IMG/VR virus record: IMGVR_UViG_3300046170_000391
DNA from: a virus
Strand: one strand, 5' to 3'
DNA: 64,000 nt
The position numbers and the translations under genes are program-made. The notes below the pieces were generated by a model. It saw only the letters and a program-made list of their open reading frames with translations. It had not been told where the DNA came from and did no database searches. Position 1 is the first letter of the stretch, and the number at the start of each line of letters is the position of its first letter. Positions 39,287 to 50,858 of the stretch are shown here, one piece after another.

Positions 39287-40041
39287 TTATCCTCTTCAAA
39301 ACGCATGGCAATCTTATCTTTATCCTCAACCAAAAACTGTGCAAAAGATCTACCAGAATAATAAAAGAGTGTCTTCACAGAGTTAGAGGTTTCTGGGAAC
39401 CATCCATGCATGTATTTTTCACCAAGACGTGCTAATAGCTTCTCATCTGCGTCTCTATAATCAATATCATGAGTTTTTGTATATACACGATCAGCTATAG
39501 TTTCAACATCGTAACTAGCATCTTCCATATATAATGCGATATCATATATTGTATACTGTTCATCACCAGTAATGTGCAGAGGTGTTTTCCAAGTAAAATT
39601 ACTAGTTAATGTGTAGTGAATTACATGAGCAAGTGCCTCTGGGTCTAAATAAGGAGCTGATCCTCCAAAACGATAATCATACAAAACTTTATCACAATAC
39701 TGTTCATAAAAAATAGCGTTCATCAATGGGGCTATAGCTAAAGTAGTAACATACAGCCCTGCCTCCTCTGCAAATGAATCAAGCTGTTGATGAATCATTC
39801 TGTAAGGACCAAGAGATCCAAGCTTAACAATATGTTGAATACCTCTGTCGGCACAATACAATAAAAATTCTTTACTCTGCTCAACAGTCTTTTCTTTTTT
39901 CGGAACGTACATAAACATCTTATCAAGATTATCTACTTGATTCCAAGTGCTTTTATCGAAGATATCGACATCTATATAGTTTACGTCTTTAGGAAAATAT
40001 TGTGATAGAATTGTATTTTTTCCAAAGTATCCTATGTTCAT
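39277..40041 (-). CDS. NmrA-like Rossmann-fold protein
   Basis: GIQHIVKLGS, ITG...T..DIA pattern. Confidence 0.55.
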   Translation of the reverse strand: MNIGYFGKNTILSQYFPKDVNYIDVDIFDKSTWNQVDNLDKMFMYVPKKEKTVEQSKEFLLYCADRGIQHIVKLGSLGPYRMIHQQLDSFAEEAGLYVTTLAIAPLMNAIFYEQYCDKVLYDYRFGGSAPYLDPEALAHVIHYTLTSNFTWKTPLHITGDEQYTIYDIALYMEDASYDVETIADRVYTKTHDIDYRDADEKLLARLGEKYMHGWFPETSNSVKTLFYYSGRSFAQFLVEDKDKIAMRFEEDKWL

Positions 40042-40395
40042 CTTTTTACTAATCCTGTTGAGGTTCTAAGTTTACGCTTAAGTTTCTTAAAATTTTCTTT
40101 AAGTTTAATACGTTTCCTAGATTCATGAGTTTTATTCTGCATCTTAGGATCAAAATAATCATTAATTGGGTGAGAGCCGCTACGATTTTTCAACAACGGC
40201 CTCCACTAGCATTCTTTGCAACTTTTCAATCTCAGAATTCTTACGGTCAATCTTTTTATATGATTGTTGAAGGTGAGTTTGAAGTTCATTTACATTTCTC
40301 TTTAAAATATCAATCTGTCCTTCTTTTTCCATAAGAGCATCTCTCAGTGTCTCTTCAGTAGATTTAGTGTGATCTTGCCAATTCATATTTACCTC

Positions 40396-41118
40396 CTATG
40401 ACTCTACAAAGGCACGCTCAAGTACAAAAGTTCCAGGTTCATTGCGAGTGCCTTCAACAAACCCCCTATCTTCAAGTATCTCTTTCATATCTTCATTAAA
40501 ACTCATATTACCACAAAGCATGATGCGAGCATTATCGGGGGTTATGTGTTTTAAGATATTATCCGTTTTAAGCATAGTAGTAATTCTTTCATTATTCGCC
40601 CACGGCTCTTGAGTTACTATAGGTATATAAAGTATATCTACTTCCTCACCTAAAAACTCGTCAAATGCTTGCAAATCTTTTTTGTGGGAAACAGACCAAA
40701 CAACAAAAATGCAATTAAATTGCTCATAAGTATAAGGATCACGTAAAATACTGATAAATGGAGCAATACCAGTACCAGTAGCAAAAAGCCAAAGATTATC
40801 ATTTTCTTTATGAGCAGTAAGATTAGTCATAAGTAAAGAACCAGTTGGTTTTTTACCTATCATAATTTCATCTCCAACTTCCATTTGTGAAAGTTGAGAA
40901 GTGAAAGCTCCGTCAGTTACATTTATTGAGTAGAACTCTAAGTATTCATCATACGGGCCGGATGTATATGAATAAGCTCTTTTTAACTTACCGTCTAGAG
41001 TAAGCATATTAAACTCCCCTGCGGTGAATCGGTGAGATGCTGGACGCTCAGTTCTAAAGCAAAATAGCTGATCTGTATAATGATGTATATCAGTTATGAG
41101 CACTTGATCAAATGTCAT
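40396..41118 (-). CDS. fpr: Ferredoxin-NADP+ reductase
   Basis: RAYS, ATGTGIAPF, MLCG, ERAF motifs. Confidence 0.9.
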   Translation of the reverse strand: MTFDQVLITDIHHYTDQLFCFRTERPASHRFTAGEFNMLTLDGKLKRAYSYTSGPYDEYLEFYSINVTDGAFTSQLSQMEVGDEIMIGKKPTGSLLMTNLTAHKENDNLWLFATGTGIAPFISILRDPYTYEQFNCIFVVWSVSHKKDLQAFDEFLGEEVDILYIPIVTQEPWANNERITTMLKTDNILKHITPDNARIMLCGNMSFNEDMKEILEDRGFVEGTRNEPGTFVLERAFVES

Positions 41119-41458
41119 CTATAAGCTTGCTCCAAGTTTTTAATTTTTTTCTTTTGTATAAGGCTCTCTCTTCAAGATCATCAACTTTAACTACTCCAAA
41201 CTCAACTAAAAGTTGAATCATACAATAAACGTCACCAATCTCTTCTTTAAGTAGTTTATTAGTGTAATGATTATTATGTTTTATTGATTTGCTACACGCT
41301 TGAGTAAGTTCGCCACACTCTTCCATAGTAATAACCATAAGTTGTAAAAGTGCGTCTTTTTTGAAATGATAATTAGAAGTCAATTTGCCCAAGTCCTGAA
41401 CCAAAAGGTGAACCATGACGAACGTCGTGATGAGCGTGTTGATTTTTCTCATCTTCAT
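41108..41458 (-). CDS. MazG-like nucleotide pyrophosphohydrolase
   Basis: MEECGEL...EEIGDV; true start probably downstream of 41458. Confidence 0.75.
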   Translation of the reverse strand: MKMRKINTLITTFVMVHLLVQDLGKLTSNYHFKKDALLQLMVITMEECGELTQACSKSIKHNNHYTNKLLKEEIGDVYCMIQLLVEFGVVKVDDLEERALYKRKKLKTWSKLIDDI

Positions 41459-41931
41459 AAGGACAATCTTTTATATTACAAGGCCAAATAGCAGGTTCGC
41501 TATCTGACGCACTCCACAGATTGATAGTACAAATAGAACACTTACCTACTGCTTCTCCAAAGTCTTTTTTAGCCACAATCAAATATCCCCATAACATAAT
41601 TTTCTGCACAATCTTCAGCATAACGCTCACTATGGTCGTATAGTGGTCGTTTTTCTACATGACCATCTTGTAGATACATATTAACATAGAATCCCTCTTC
41701 ATTTTTACAAACATGAGCGATTCTATCTTTATACTCACCCTCTCCCCAATAAGTACTAATAATCATCTTCATCCTCCGAGTCATAATTTATAGCAGGTAG
41801 TTCAATTTCATTAATTTTTATACAGTCTATAAGTTCGTCTGTAGTCATGTACTTAATCAATGATGTTACAAGATAATAGGGCTCTACCCAGCCGTCTTCC
41901 ATACCTTCAATAATTTGATCTCTGATATCCA

Positions 41932-42390
41932 TTAGTCTTTATCCCATGAATGTTCATAATATACTAAAAAACCCATACCACCCAGCTCATTCCACTTCTG
42001 GATAGTCCAGCGTTTATCGTCATACAACACATCGCCTGGTTGACAGTATGGAAGTTTGTCTTTAGATTGTTCAACTACAATTATATCTTCACTCTTAAAT
42101 CCGAATTGATTCAACCAGAAGTGTTTATTTTCGATTACAGTGCTGATGTGTTCTTTCTTATAGTGAGACCCTCTGGCAGTGAGAATTTTCATGTCTTTCT
42201 CTCTGGCATACATCTCTCTAAAAAATTCCATGTTTTTAGTTGGAGGTGAAGTTCTAAATATTTGAGTGTAGTTATCTGCCATAAACTTTTCCAGTTTACC
42301 GTGTCCACCAAACAAGTCACCTTCCCAACCAAGAGCAACACACCCTACATAAAAGTCAGCGATTACACCGTCAACATCTAAATATATCAC
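41932..42390 (-). CDS. 5'(3')-deoxyribonucleotidase (HAD)
   Basis: YLDVDGVIADF, ILTA, LYDD, W...GG.G. Confidence 0.8.
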   Translation of the reverse strand: MIYLDVDGVIADFYVGCVALGWEGDLFGGHGKLEKFMADNYTQIFRTSPPTKNMEFFREMYAREKDMKILTARGSHYKKEHISTVIENKHFWLNQFGFKSEDIIVVEQSKDKLPYCQPGDVLYDDKRWTIQKWNELGGMGFLVYYEHSWDKD

Positions 42391-42911
42391 TCAGATTTTT
42401 CCTGCTCTTCAGCATAAAGACGCTCTTCTTCTAAGTACTCTTGCATCCACTCAGAGGCTCCATACTCGTCATCAAGATCATCCCCAATACATTCACGTAA
42501 TTCTTCTGGAGTCTCACAGTGTGCATAGTTAATGTGTTCATCACCCCCCTCAGAATTAAAACATCCTACAAAGCACATACCCGGCTCGTAGTAGGTAGCT
42601 TCTACATAAATACCTTGTTCTTGTGCGGCTTCGTACACACCAATAGGAGGACCCCATGCAGTATCAAAAGTCATTACTACATTTAGATCATCTATCCAAT
42701 TCATATCAATGATGTTAGCATCCCACTTAGTACCCCACGCGTCAACACGAGACCAGTACCATGAGTCTTGATCCCATACTTCAGGAACAAAGAAACCAAA
42801 GAATGACCAATTGTCATCATCTGCTTCTTTTTTCATGTGCAGGTGAAGTTCGTCAGCTTCTTCTTTTGTAGGGAAAGTGAGTGTTAGATTATTGTTACAC
42901 CAATTTGGCAT
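42387..42911 (-). CDS. YubB/Api92-like ferredoxin-fold protein
   Basis: MPNWC.N, WGTKW, FDTAW.PP, YYEPG. Confidence 0.75.
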   Translation of the reverse strand: MPNWCNNNLTLTFPTKEEADELHLHMKKEADDDNWSFFGFFVPEVWDQDSWYWSRVDAWGTKWDANIIDMNWIDDLNVVMTFDTAWGPPIGVYEAAQEQGIYVEATYYEPGMCFVGCFNSEGGDEHINYAHCETPEELRECIGDDLDDEYGASEWMQEYLEEERLYAEEQEKSE

Positions 42912-42995
42912 TGCCTACTCCATATATCTGGTTAAATCTTTATCTTTGTATAATATATCAAACATCAGGCGGATAAGCAAGATCAAAGTAACTAT

Positions 42996-43439
42996 CTATT
43001 CTCTTGGGTCACGGCCTACTTGCAAAGATAGGACAGTTATACTAGATACATTTTTTTGTTTATATCCGTATAGGTGAAAGCCTTTGAACGGAGGAGTGGG
43101 GGAACATTCATAAATGAAAGGTTGTGCTTCTGCATATCTTTTCGCTGGCATATCAGCGTCAACCCCGTAGGCAAAAGAAGGGTGAAATTTATTATAAGTG
43201 AAATCAAAAGTTCCTACAGTTCCATCCTCTAACTTAACAGTGCAGACAGTGTGAGAATCACCATTATCGAAAAAAGAAGTGATAATATAAACTTTAGAGT
43301 AGTAACTACTTAACCAGAAAGCACACATTGCAGCATGCTCTCCGCATCTCCAAATACGTCTTGTAGTATCGATACGATTGTCTCTTATATTATCACCTTG
43401 ATGAGCTATAAGAGAAATCATTACTGGAGGTTTATACAT
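42996..43439 (-). CDS. Transglutaminase-like protein
   Basis: RCGEHA...HT....FDFT putative Cys-His-Asp triad. Confidence 0.45.
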   Translation of the reverse strand: MYKPPVMISLIAHQGDNIRDNRIDTTRRIWRCGEHAAMCAFWLSSYYSKVYIITSFFDNGDSHTVCTVKLEDGTVGTFDFTYNKFHPSFAYGVDADMPAKRYAEAQPFIYECSPTPPFKGFHLYGYKQKNVSSITVLSLQVGRDPRE

Positions 43440-45734
43440 AGTTTCTTAAATTAAGGCACAAGTATGACGTGAAACTGGGCAACTCCGTTGCCCCACTAGC
43501 TCCCTACGGTCGCACAACTAAACGATAGCCTGTGCCGCGCTGTTCGCCAGCGTTTTTAATCGTTTAACAGCTAACGCATATAAATTAGCATACATGAAGG
43601 CCAGTGTCCAAATTAAAATATTACCAATCGCGAGGTTTAGGATCATCTAACCAATCATCCATCACGCTAAAGTCTAAGCCTGCGCCAATGAGAATCTGAC
43701 AAGCATAGTTTGCTTCTAGATTGTACTCTATCAACGAGTAGTATCCATTTTCTGATTGATCGTAGAACATGATCCAAGGCAGCTCATGCATATTATTTTC
43801 AATACGTGCTTTTGTCACGCCAGCTATAAACGGAGTGAGACCTTCTTCAGCTTGGCGCTCATTGACTTCAGCTACAGACGCACACTGTACAGGTTTAGAT
43901 GCCCACTCAGGTTCAGCCTGTGCAGAAACTGCCCATAAGAATGCCAGAACAAAGGCTAGCGCTCTCATTCTTCGCTCATAAAGACGTCAAGCATTTCCAT
44001 GCGATCTTGTGCAGCTGCCATCTTATCCAACTCATCTTGGATTGCTTCCATAATATCAGAGTGTTCACCAATACCTGCAGGATTTTCCATGTATACTTCG
44101 ATATTAGCTTTGTGTAGTAAAAACTCTCCATGCGCATGAGCATAAGCCGCATCGAGCATATTATTCTTCAGTCGTGTCATTTTGATTCCTTTGCTGTTTT
44201 AAGTATTGATAAAGTTGAATATAATAGTAGAATGTTTTCGGATAGAGATCAGGGTCTGGTAGAGAACCAAACATCTGACACATTTCTTTTATCTCTTCTA
44301 ATTTTAACATTTAGTTAGTAAAAACCCAGATCACATTTGTCGCACTTTTGGGTTGAATTTGGTCAGCACGATGAATACCTACTGACGGTAGAGTTTGAGC
44401 AATTTCAACTGTTGGTTTAGTTTGTGTTTGAATGATTTCTTCTTCACTAGTGTAGTGGTCATAAGCGTGTGCCACTCCAAGTATTAATCCTAATGCTACC
44501 ATAGCTTCCATTATTCTGATTCCCCTTCTTGTTTAATTTGTTGTAATCCAAACTCTGTTTGTTCATAGAGATTTTGATCTATGAATCTACGTTCTCCAAC
44601 CTGTAGTTGTATTGGGTCGCGGATTACCAGTGTTTCACCACACTTTGTGCAGTAGGCTTGCATTCCAAAACGGGAAATTAAGCAAAAGTTATGTCCAAAA
44701 AATGCACATATTACGTTCATTACACACCCTCTGAATTAATTGGTTTGCAAAGGTATGTAACAGATGTCCAATCACCATCGAGAGGGATCTGTTGATACAG
44801 TCCTTTTGATAGTTCACATTCTTGTTTAGTGTCAAACCACTGAACATCTTGCACTACACAGTTTGAACCTAAACATGCGGTTAATAGAATTTGCCAAATA
44901 ATCTCCATCAGAACAACCCTACGATACCTCTTATAGCTGTATATACAATAATACCAGCTGTAAGAGCAAAAGGCAAGTATACTAACACAATCTCAATGTC
45001 GTCATGTTCTCTAAAGAATTGAATAATTTTACTCATGTTCTCCTCCTGGATCATTTGAATCAAGCATAACTCGCTTACCATTAATCCACATGTGCCCTCG
45101 TGTGCGACTTACAGAATGATAACCATCCGTGCGCAACCTAAAAAGTTCAGGTTTGTTCTTTGCAACTGTAAAGGTTCCAACAGTGATTGCAATCGCTGCC
45201 AACACAATAACGTGTGCAATAGCAGTGACTCCAAACATCCACATGCTGCCAAAGTAGCTACTAAACACAATACACCACATCCAGGCTAATACTTGCATCA
45301 CCATGTGTCGTGTGTTTAAGTCTGGAATATGTCGTAATGGATTCATATTATGATCCATGATTGTATTCCAACAGTTTATAATAAATGTGCTCATTGGATA
45401 AACTCCTTTGTTAAATGTAACACGAAGTGGATAATGAGCGTCCACTGTGTCTCTAAAATCTATTGCGTCATACTGATCTACAAAGTATCGAGTAACAACA
45501 TGACTTTTGAAATATGCTTTTACTTGATACATTAATACCTCAATAAGTAGTCCCAATGACCTGATGTTCTGACACATACCCAGTCACGATTAAGAGTTCT
45601 AAAATTGTATTCAAACTCTTGTTCTGTTTTTGCAGCATAACACTCAGCAATTGAAGTGTGTATGCTAATTTTTTCTGCTAATAAATTATTGCCTACAAGT
45701 GAAACCATTACAAGAATCCACATTATATCTCCTT

Positions 45735-45808
45735 TGGCAGAGGATCAAGGAATTGAACCCTGTCTTGCTGGGTTGGAGCCAGCTGTGCTACCGTAACACT
45801 TATCCTCT
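45735..45808 (-). tRNA. tRNA-Trp(CCA)
   Basis: Cloverleaf AGAGGAT..ATCCTCT, loop CTCCAAC, GTTCAA, encoded CCA. Confidence 0.92.
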
Positions 45809-45812
45809 ATTT

Positions 45813-45887
45813 TGGAGCGGGTAGACGGAATCGAACCGACATCCTCAGCTTGGAAGGCTGTGATAATTGCCATTATACTATACCCGC
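45813..45887 (-). tRNA. tRNA-Gly(TCC)
   Basis: GCGGGTA..TACCCGC, loop CTTCCAA, GTTCGA, CCA. Confidence 0.93.
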
Positions 45888-45888
45888 A

Positions 45889-45965
45889 TGGACGCCCTTG
45901 AGAGACTCGAACTCCCGACCTTTTGGTTCGTAGCCAAATGCTCTAATCCACTGAGCTAAAGAGCG
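45889..45965 (-). tRNA. tRNA-Arg(ACG)
   Basis: TAGCTCAGTGGATTAGAGC D arm, loop CTACGAA, GTTCGA, CCA. Confidence 0.92.
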
Positions 45966-46179
45966 TATAAATCTTATGTAGTGTATAAAACCACACACCG
46001 TTAATAGAAGGCTCAATCAATGCAACAAGTCCCGCTTCCCATAAACTTGCTTCTGTCATGATACTTACAACAGACATTGCTATAATAACATGGCCGACAG
46101 TATAAATCAAGGCAAGAGCAATACTCGATTGGCTTAAATTTTGTAATACAACGTATGCTCCTTGCCTAAACTCAGTCAC
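45943..46179 (-). CDS. DUF2061-like small membrane protein
   Basis: IYTVGHVIIA...ALIEPSINGVWFY. Confidence 0.6.
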   Translation of the reverse strand: MTEFRQGAYVVLQNLSQSSIALALIYTVGHVIIAMSVVSIMTEASLWEAGLVALIEPSINGVWFYTLHKIYTLFSSVD

Positions 46180-47578
46180 TTAACAATCCTCTGGGTAAAT
46201 GCTCTTATTACGTTCTACTTTTCTACGTGCTGCCATTCTCCAAGGGGGTCTATCCTCTGTAAAGGTTGCATCACTTGCAGGAGTCTCGTCTAACTTACGT
46301 GTTAGTGTAGCAACGCGTGACTCCATCCAACTAATAGCAGTACTAATATGCCCAGTATCGTGTGGAGCAAGTTGAGACTTAGCAAATTCAATCTCACGTA
46401 ATAGATGAATTACTCTTTCATAATCAGCTTTAGTTCCATTATAGTGCATTAGTTATCTAACTCCACTGCTGAGTGTTCCATTACAAGTGTGACTACTTCA
46501 TCCATCTGGGTGCAAACAATCTTATAGTGTTTCCATTCGTCGTCACGAGTACGACCACCAAACTCTACAAGCCAGCCGTTGTCAGCGCGTCTTACAGTAA
46601 TATCTTCATTTACTTTTGCAAGCTTGCTTGCGATAGTTCCGTCCATTTTATTAGCCATATCATTATCCTAAAATTTTGTTAGTGGTTGAATCTACATAGT
46701 CTTTTTCGTTAAAGAACTTGCGACTAACGATTTTTTGACAAATTGCGCCGTCTAAGTCGCGATAAGTTGTGACAAGTTGTTGTTCTAGTAACCCTGTAGT
46801 AGGCTGGGCAAGAAACTTGTCATGTTCCCATCCAGAATCTGTTTTAGTCATTAGTGCAATCATATAAATCTCCCATTTTTTATATCATACAAGAATAAAG
46901 GCCATAAAGCAAGAAAGGAACCACATTAGCAGCTCCTTTAGTACTTAGATTTTTTGTTTTACTTATTGTAAGAAGTCAGCTTCTTCATCAGTATAAGGCC
47001 ACATTACTTGCCACCTTTTTTCTGTTCACCCTTTGGGCGAAGGTATGTGTGATCGACATCTAACATTAGTATCTTGTCCCGTATCCATTGATTTCTGCAT
47101 TCAGACGACGCTCAAGTTCTGCGAGTGTATAAGTTGATTCACGATACTTTAATGGTTGCCCCATTGGTGTACCAGGCCAACCACCTGTTTTTGCATCGCT
47201 AAATCGCATACTGACGATGTTATTTATGAAACGTTTAATCATTTGTGTTGTTCCTTTCTAAAATTTTAGAAAGTTTGCTGATTGTTTGAGGGTTCATTTG
47301 TAGTACTCCTTCAATGTTTTATCATTAAGGATCGCCAAAACACCTGCGTAGTCTTCGTGCGGATATTCGTGACGAAGCATGTGAGCAAGTTTTTGATTAG
47401 CTTCAATTTGTCTTGAAACTTGAATCGCTCGACCCAATGCGTCTAAGTAACCTGTCATCGAAACAAACAGTGCTGCAATGAATGAATTGCGAATATATGA
47501 AGCTACCTTGTTGCAAAACGAACAAGTATAGCCCCATGTTAGGGTAAGTGTAGTCATTGATTTCTCCTCGAATATTGA

Positions 47579-47983
47579 TTATTTGATCTCAATTAAACGA
47601 GGACGCTGCTCTTCTGGAATTACTACTTGAGGTCGATCACAAGTAGTCCATCCTTAATTTCAGCTCCATGCACTTGAGTGTGCTCAGACAGACGAAACTG
47701 GCGTTTAAACTTCTTTGTACTAATTCCACGATGAATAAATTCACGACCACGAGATTCATGCTCACCTACAACGGTTAACACTCCTTCTTTAAGTTCAGCT
47801 GATACTTCATCTTTTGTGAAGCCTGCAACTGCAACCTCAATAGCAAGCTCATGTTCATTGTATTTTACAATGTTATGAGGTGGATAATGATCCATTGCAT
47901 GTGTTGAAATTTGTTCTAGTTCTTTTAGAATATGATCGAAGCCGATAAAACCAGCATTACGAATAGCGAATTGGTCCTGTCAT
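47579..47983 (-). CDS. Small heat-shock protein (IbpA-like), two apparent 1-nt indels
   Basis: FIGFD...YPPHNI...VAGF...HRGIS...F.L...DGLL.I...PEEQRPR when frames are corrected. Confidence 0.85.
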
Positions 47984-48122
47984 TTTTTTCTCCTTTATAA
48001 CAGCAAGAAATTTATAAGTCCCTAACGGCAACTTATGTACATATAGTATTAAAATTAATCCTATCAAGCAAGCTAAATTTATAAAAGTCTGGACAAATTG
48101 ACAGTTTAAAATAAAATTAAAT

Positions 48123-48626
48123 ATGATTAAAATTAACGATAAAAGCGGAATTAAATATTTAAAGTACTATCCCGACACATGCTTACCTACTATAAAAAAT
48201 ATGGTATCAGACCTGAATTTTGTTCATGTAAATATTGTAGATAGTAAAGAGGAAGATGAAATAGTAGAAGGGGCTCAATGGGAGCTTTTTGATAAAAAAA
48301 TACAATCTTTAGTAGAATTTTATAATAAATGCGTAGCCGTGTCTTTGTATAGATGTCCTATTCTTTTTCATACACAATTACCTAATTTTATACCATCTTT
48401 AACAGATTCAATGATTCATAAATATTGTGAGTTTAACGATAAAAGTTATGAAGAAGCTAAGGCTCATCTAGAACTATTGTTTGAGTTAGCTAAAGATCAG
48501 TCATGGGAAATGTATTGTTTCTATGATAAATGGTCTAATGAGATTAAATATTGTGAAGACATAAAATCTTTAAATAAAGTATTTGAAAATGCTATGAATA
48601 AAATTGAAAATCATTCTGTGATGTAA
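48123..48626 (+). CDS. Hypothetical protein (very AT-rich, opposite strand)
   Basis: ORF coupled to 48626. Confidence 0.5.
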   Translation: MIKINDKSGIKYLKYYPDTCLPTIKNMVSDLNFVHVNIVDSKEEDEIVEGAQWELFDKKIQSLVEFYNKCVAVSLYRCPILFHTQLPNFIPSLTDSMIHKYCEFNDKSYEEAKAHLELLFELAKDQSWEMYCFYDKWSNEIKYCEDIKSLNKVFENAMNKIENHSVM

Positions 48627-49573
48627 TGCAATACATAAATGACCCGTTTACAGATAGAACAAGACCTCTATTTGACATTTTTGGTTTTGGCAGATTTTTA
48701 TGTGATAGAAAAAATCCAGAAAATACAAAAAAATGGCCTTACAAATTTACTATACGTGATGACTGCCGTATGCCAACAGAACTTACTACTTTAAGTTTTG
48801 AAGAAATTTGCATGAAAAAATTAAACGAAATAAAACATATGAATAGGGATAATTGGGTAGTTTTATGGAGTGGAGGTATAGATTCATCACTTGTTCTAAG
48901 ATTATTACTAGAACATGAAAAAGATTTTAATTTTAGTGTTATGTTGTCTGACGCTTCAATACAAACTTTTCCAGAAATGTACAATGAATTACTGAAAAGA
49001 GGTATCAATCTTTTATCAATTTCAAAGTATCTTGAAATTGCTAATGAAGTATCTTATTTAGCTGGTGCTGGGGCTGACCCCTTAACATATCAATTTGCAA
49101 ACTGGTATGAAAGAGGAATAAATCCAGATATGCCTATAGATAATTTCTACACTGCTTACTCAAAGATTATGAAAAGCAAATCACTAGCAAAATTTCAAAT
49201 TGATTTGATATTAGATTCTTGCCCCTATGAATTAGAATATTTTTGTGACTTAGCTTGGTGGTATAGTTTTAATTTCGGGTGGCAAAGCACAAGTTTAGGT
49301 CATAATATAATGCTACAAGCTAACAATACGCATTACAAAAGAAAAATTGAAGCTTTTTTCACAGGGAATTTGTTTGAAAGATGGTCTTTGTCCACGTATA
49401 AATCAAGGAGGATAGATAACCACAGAGATATTAAAGCACCTATTAAAAGATTTATTTACGCACTAGGGGATAAAAACTACGCTGATAGAATAATTAAGAC
49501 TAAAAGTCATATTCTGGCTCTAGGAATGAATAAATCACATAGAGACATTGACGCTAATGGTAAACTTTTATAA
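48626..49573 (+). CDS. Asparagine-synthase-like PP-loop protein
   Basis: VLWSGGIDSS, GAGAD. Confidence 0.6.
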   Translation: MQYINDPFTDRTRPLFDIFGFGRFLCDRKNPENTKKWPYKFTIRDDCRMPTELTTLSFEEICMKKLNEIKHMNRDNWVVLWSGGIDSSLVLRLLLEHEKDFNFSVMLSDASIQTFPEMYNELLKRGINLLSISKYLEIANEVSYLAGAGADPLTYQFANWYERGINPDMPIDNFYTAYSKIMKSKSLAKFQIDLILDSCPYELEYFCDLAWWYSFNFGWQSTSLGHNIMLQANNTHYKRKIEAFFTGNLFERWSLSTYKSRRIDNHRDIKAPIKRFIYALGDKNYADRIIKTKSHILALGMNKSHRDIDANGKLL

Positions 49574-49760
49574 ATTGTGTTCTTCAATTATGTCATCAAA
49601 TCTTTGTGTAAAAAAAGACATATCTGCAATGAAAAATGATAGTAATAGTGTTAAAGCAGTTATAGGAATTGCAAAGAGCATTGATGCTAGTAAAGTAATA
49701 TTAAACCATTTAAATTGAGTAAATACGTAACTTTTTAGCTCTTCTTTTGGTACAATTAAC

Positions 49761-50304
49761 TCATTTAAACCTATAAAATATATGATCATCGATTTCAATA
49801 GTTTTCTCCTTTTGTTTTGCCCAGCTCGGTAATACGTAATCTGCGTGATAGAATAATGCTCCGCCTGTATAATCCATGTATTTAGTAGTTAAAATAGCAT
49901 TAGCAATTTCATGGGCTATCATAACAGCTTCCTCATCGAACTTAGGAAACTTATCCGTTTTTCCATCACAATACCACGAAAATTGACAACGATCTCTCAT
50001 TGGTATTAATATAGAAGGATCTTTCCATGACTTACGGTGTAACCCTTCATAAACTACTTCACAAACTGTACCAGGAAAGCGCTCATCTCTAACACGATTC
50101 ATAGTAACCATCCCAACAGCCCATTGACCAAAGTAAGATTGATTTCGTGCTTCCCAGTATATATTCTTTGCTAAACAAAGAAGTTCGTCTGCATGCTGAT
50201 TACTGATAGTTGAGGGGTGGGCGTTCTGAGCGAATAATGTCAGACTCGCGACAATCGCTACCAAACTGAATCTCAATGATGTGAACAGGTATTTCTGTTT
50301 CATT
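49761..50304 (-). CDS. SleB-like cell wall hydrolase
   Basis: CLAKNIYWEAR, VTMNRV, CQFSWYCDG, YHADYV.P.W, HIFY. Confidence 0.88.
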
Positions 50305-50571
50305 TGCAAGTTGGTGCCACTTTCCTTGAGCGATATCAAATGTTTTGAATTGAGTAATAGTATCCTTAAAAACTTCGTGCCCATCATTATCCGCTGAGTA
50401 ATAAACTGTAGCAGTTCCTCGACTACAAAACCAATGCTCAGATCTATGCTCGTGTTTTTGCCACGAAAGACGACATCCAGGATTAACTACTAGTTCTTTT
50501 ACTTTACAAGTACTATCATATTTTTGAAGTACGTCCCAGTATCCCCAGTCACGTGTTACTATTCCATCCAT
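50200..50571 (-). CDS. Cupin, mannose-6-phosphate isomerase type II C-terminal-like
   Basis: R.WG...KVKEL.V.PG..LS.Q.H.HRSEHW...IIEIQ.G...E.DI.R. Confidence 0.8.
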   Translation of the reverse strand: MDGIVTRDWGYWDVLQKYDSTCKVKELVVNPGCRLSWQKHEHRSEHWFCSRGTATVYYSADNDGHEVFKDTITQFKTFDIAQGKWHQLANETEIPVHIIEIQFGSDCRESDIIRSERPPLNYQ

Positions 50572-50804
50572 AAGTTACCTACTATATTAGCTTCATCATC
50601 AAAAACAACACCTACAGGGTTATTTATCTTATTCCAAGCTTTTAAAATCTTGGTATGTTTACAAGTCCTATAACGAGAAGGACAAGAACAGCCTCTAGTA
50701 TTGATGGTATATACATCAATTGGATAACTTGATTCTTCAAATTTTGCAACTTCATCACTAAACTTTCCTTTACGAACAACATAATCAGCCACTAAAATCT
50801 CCAT
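50559..50804 (-). CDS. SWIM zinc-finger protein
   Basis: CSCP....CKH. Confidence 0.65.
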   Translation of the reverse strand: MEILVADYVVRKGKFSDEVAKFEESSYPIDVYTINTRGCSCPSRYRTCKHTKILKAWNKINNPVGVVFDDEANIVGNLWME

Positions 50805-50858
50805 ATTTTAACTATAGTATCAAAACTATGTCTACTTTGCAATTATAAAGTATATTTA

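Noticed and set aside
45735-45965. tRNA cluster as an integration site or sign of recoding
   Set aside because: No integrase in the window; standard anticodons; genes translate with the standard code
47579-47983. Hsp20 pseudogene
   Set aside because: Motifs, RBS and promoter are intact; two 1-nt indels are more simply explained as assembly error
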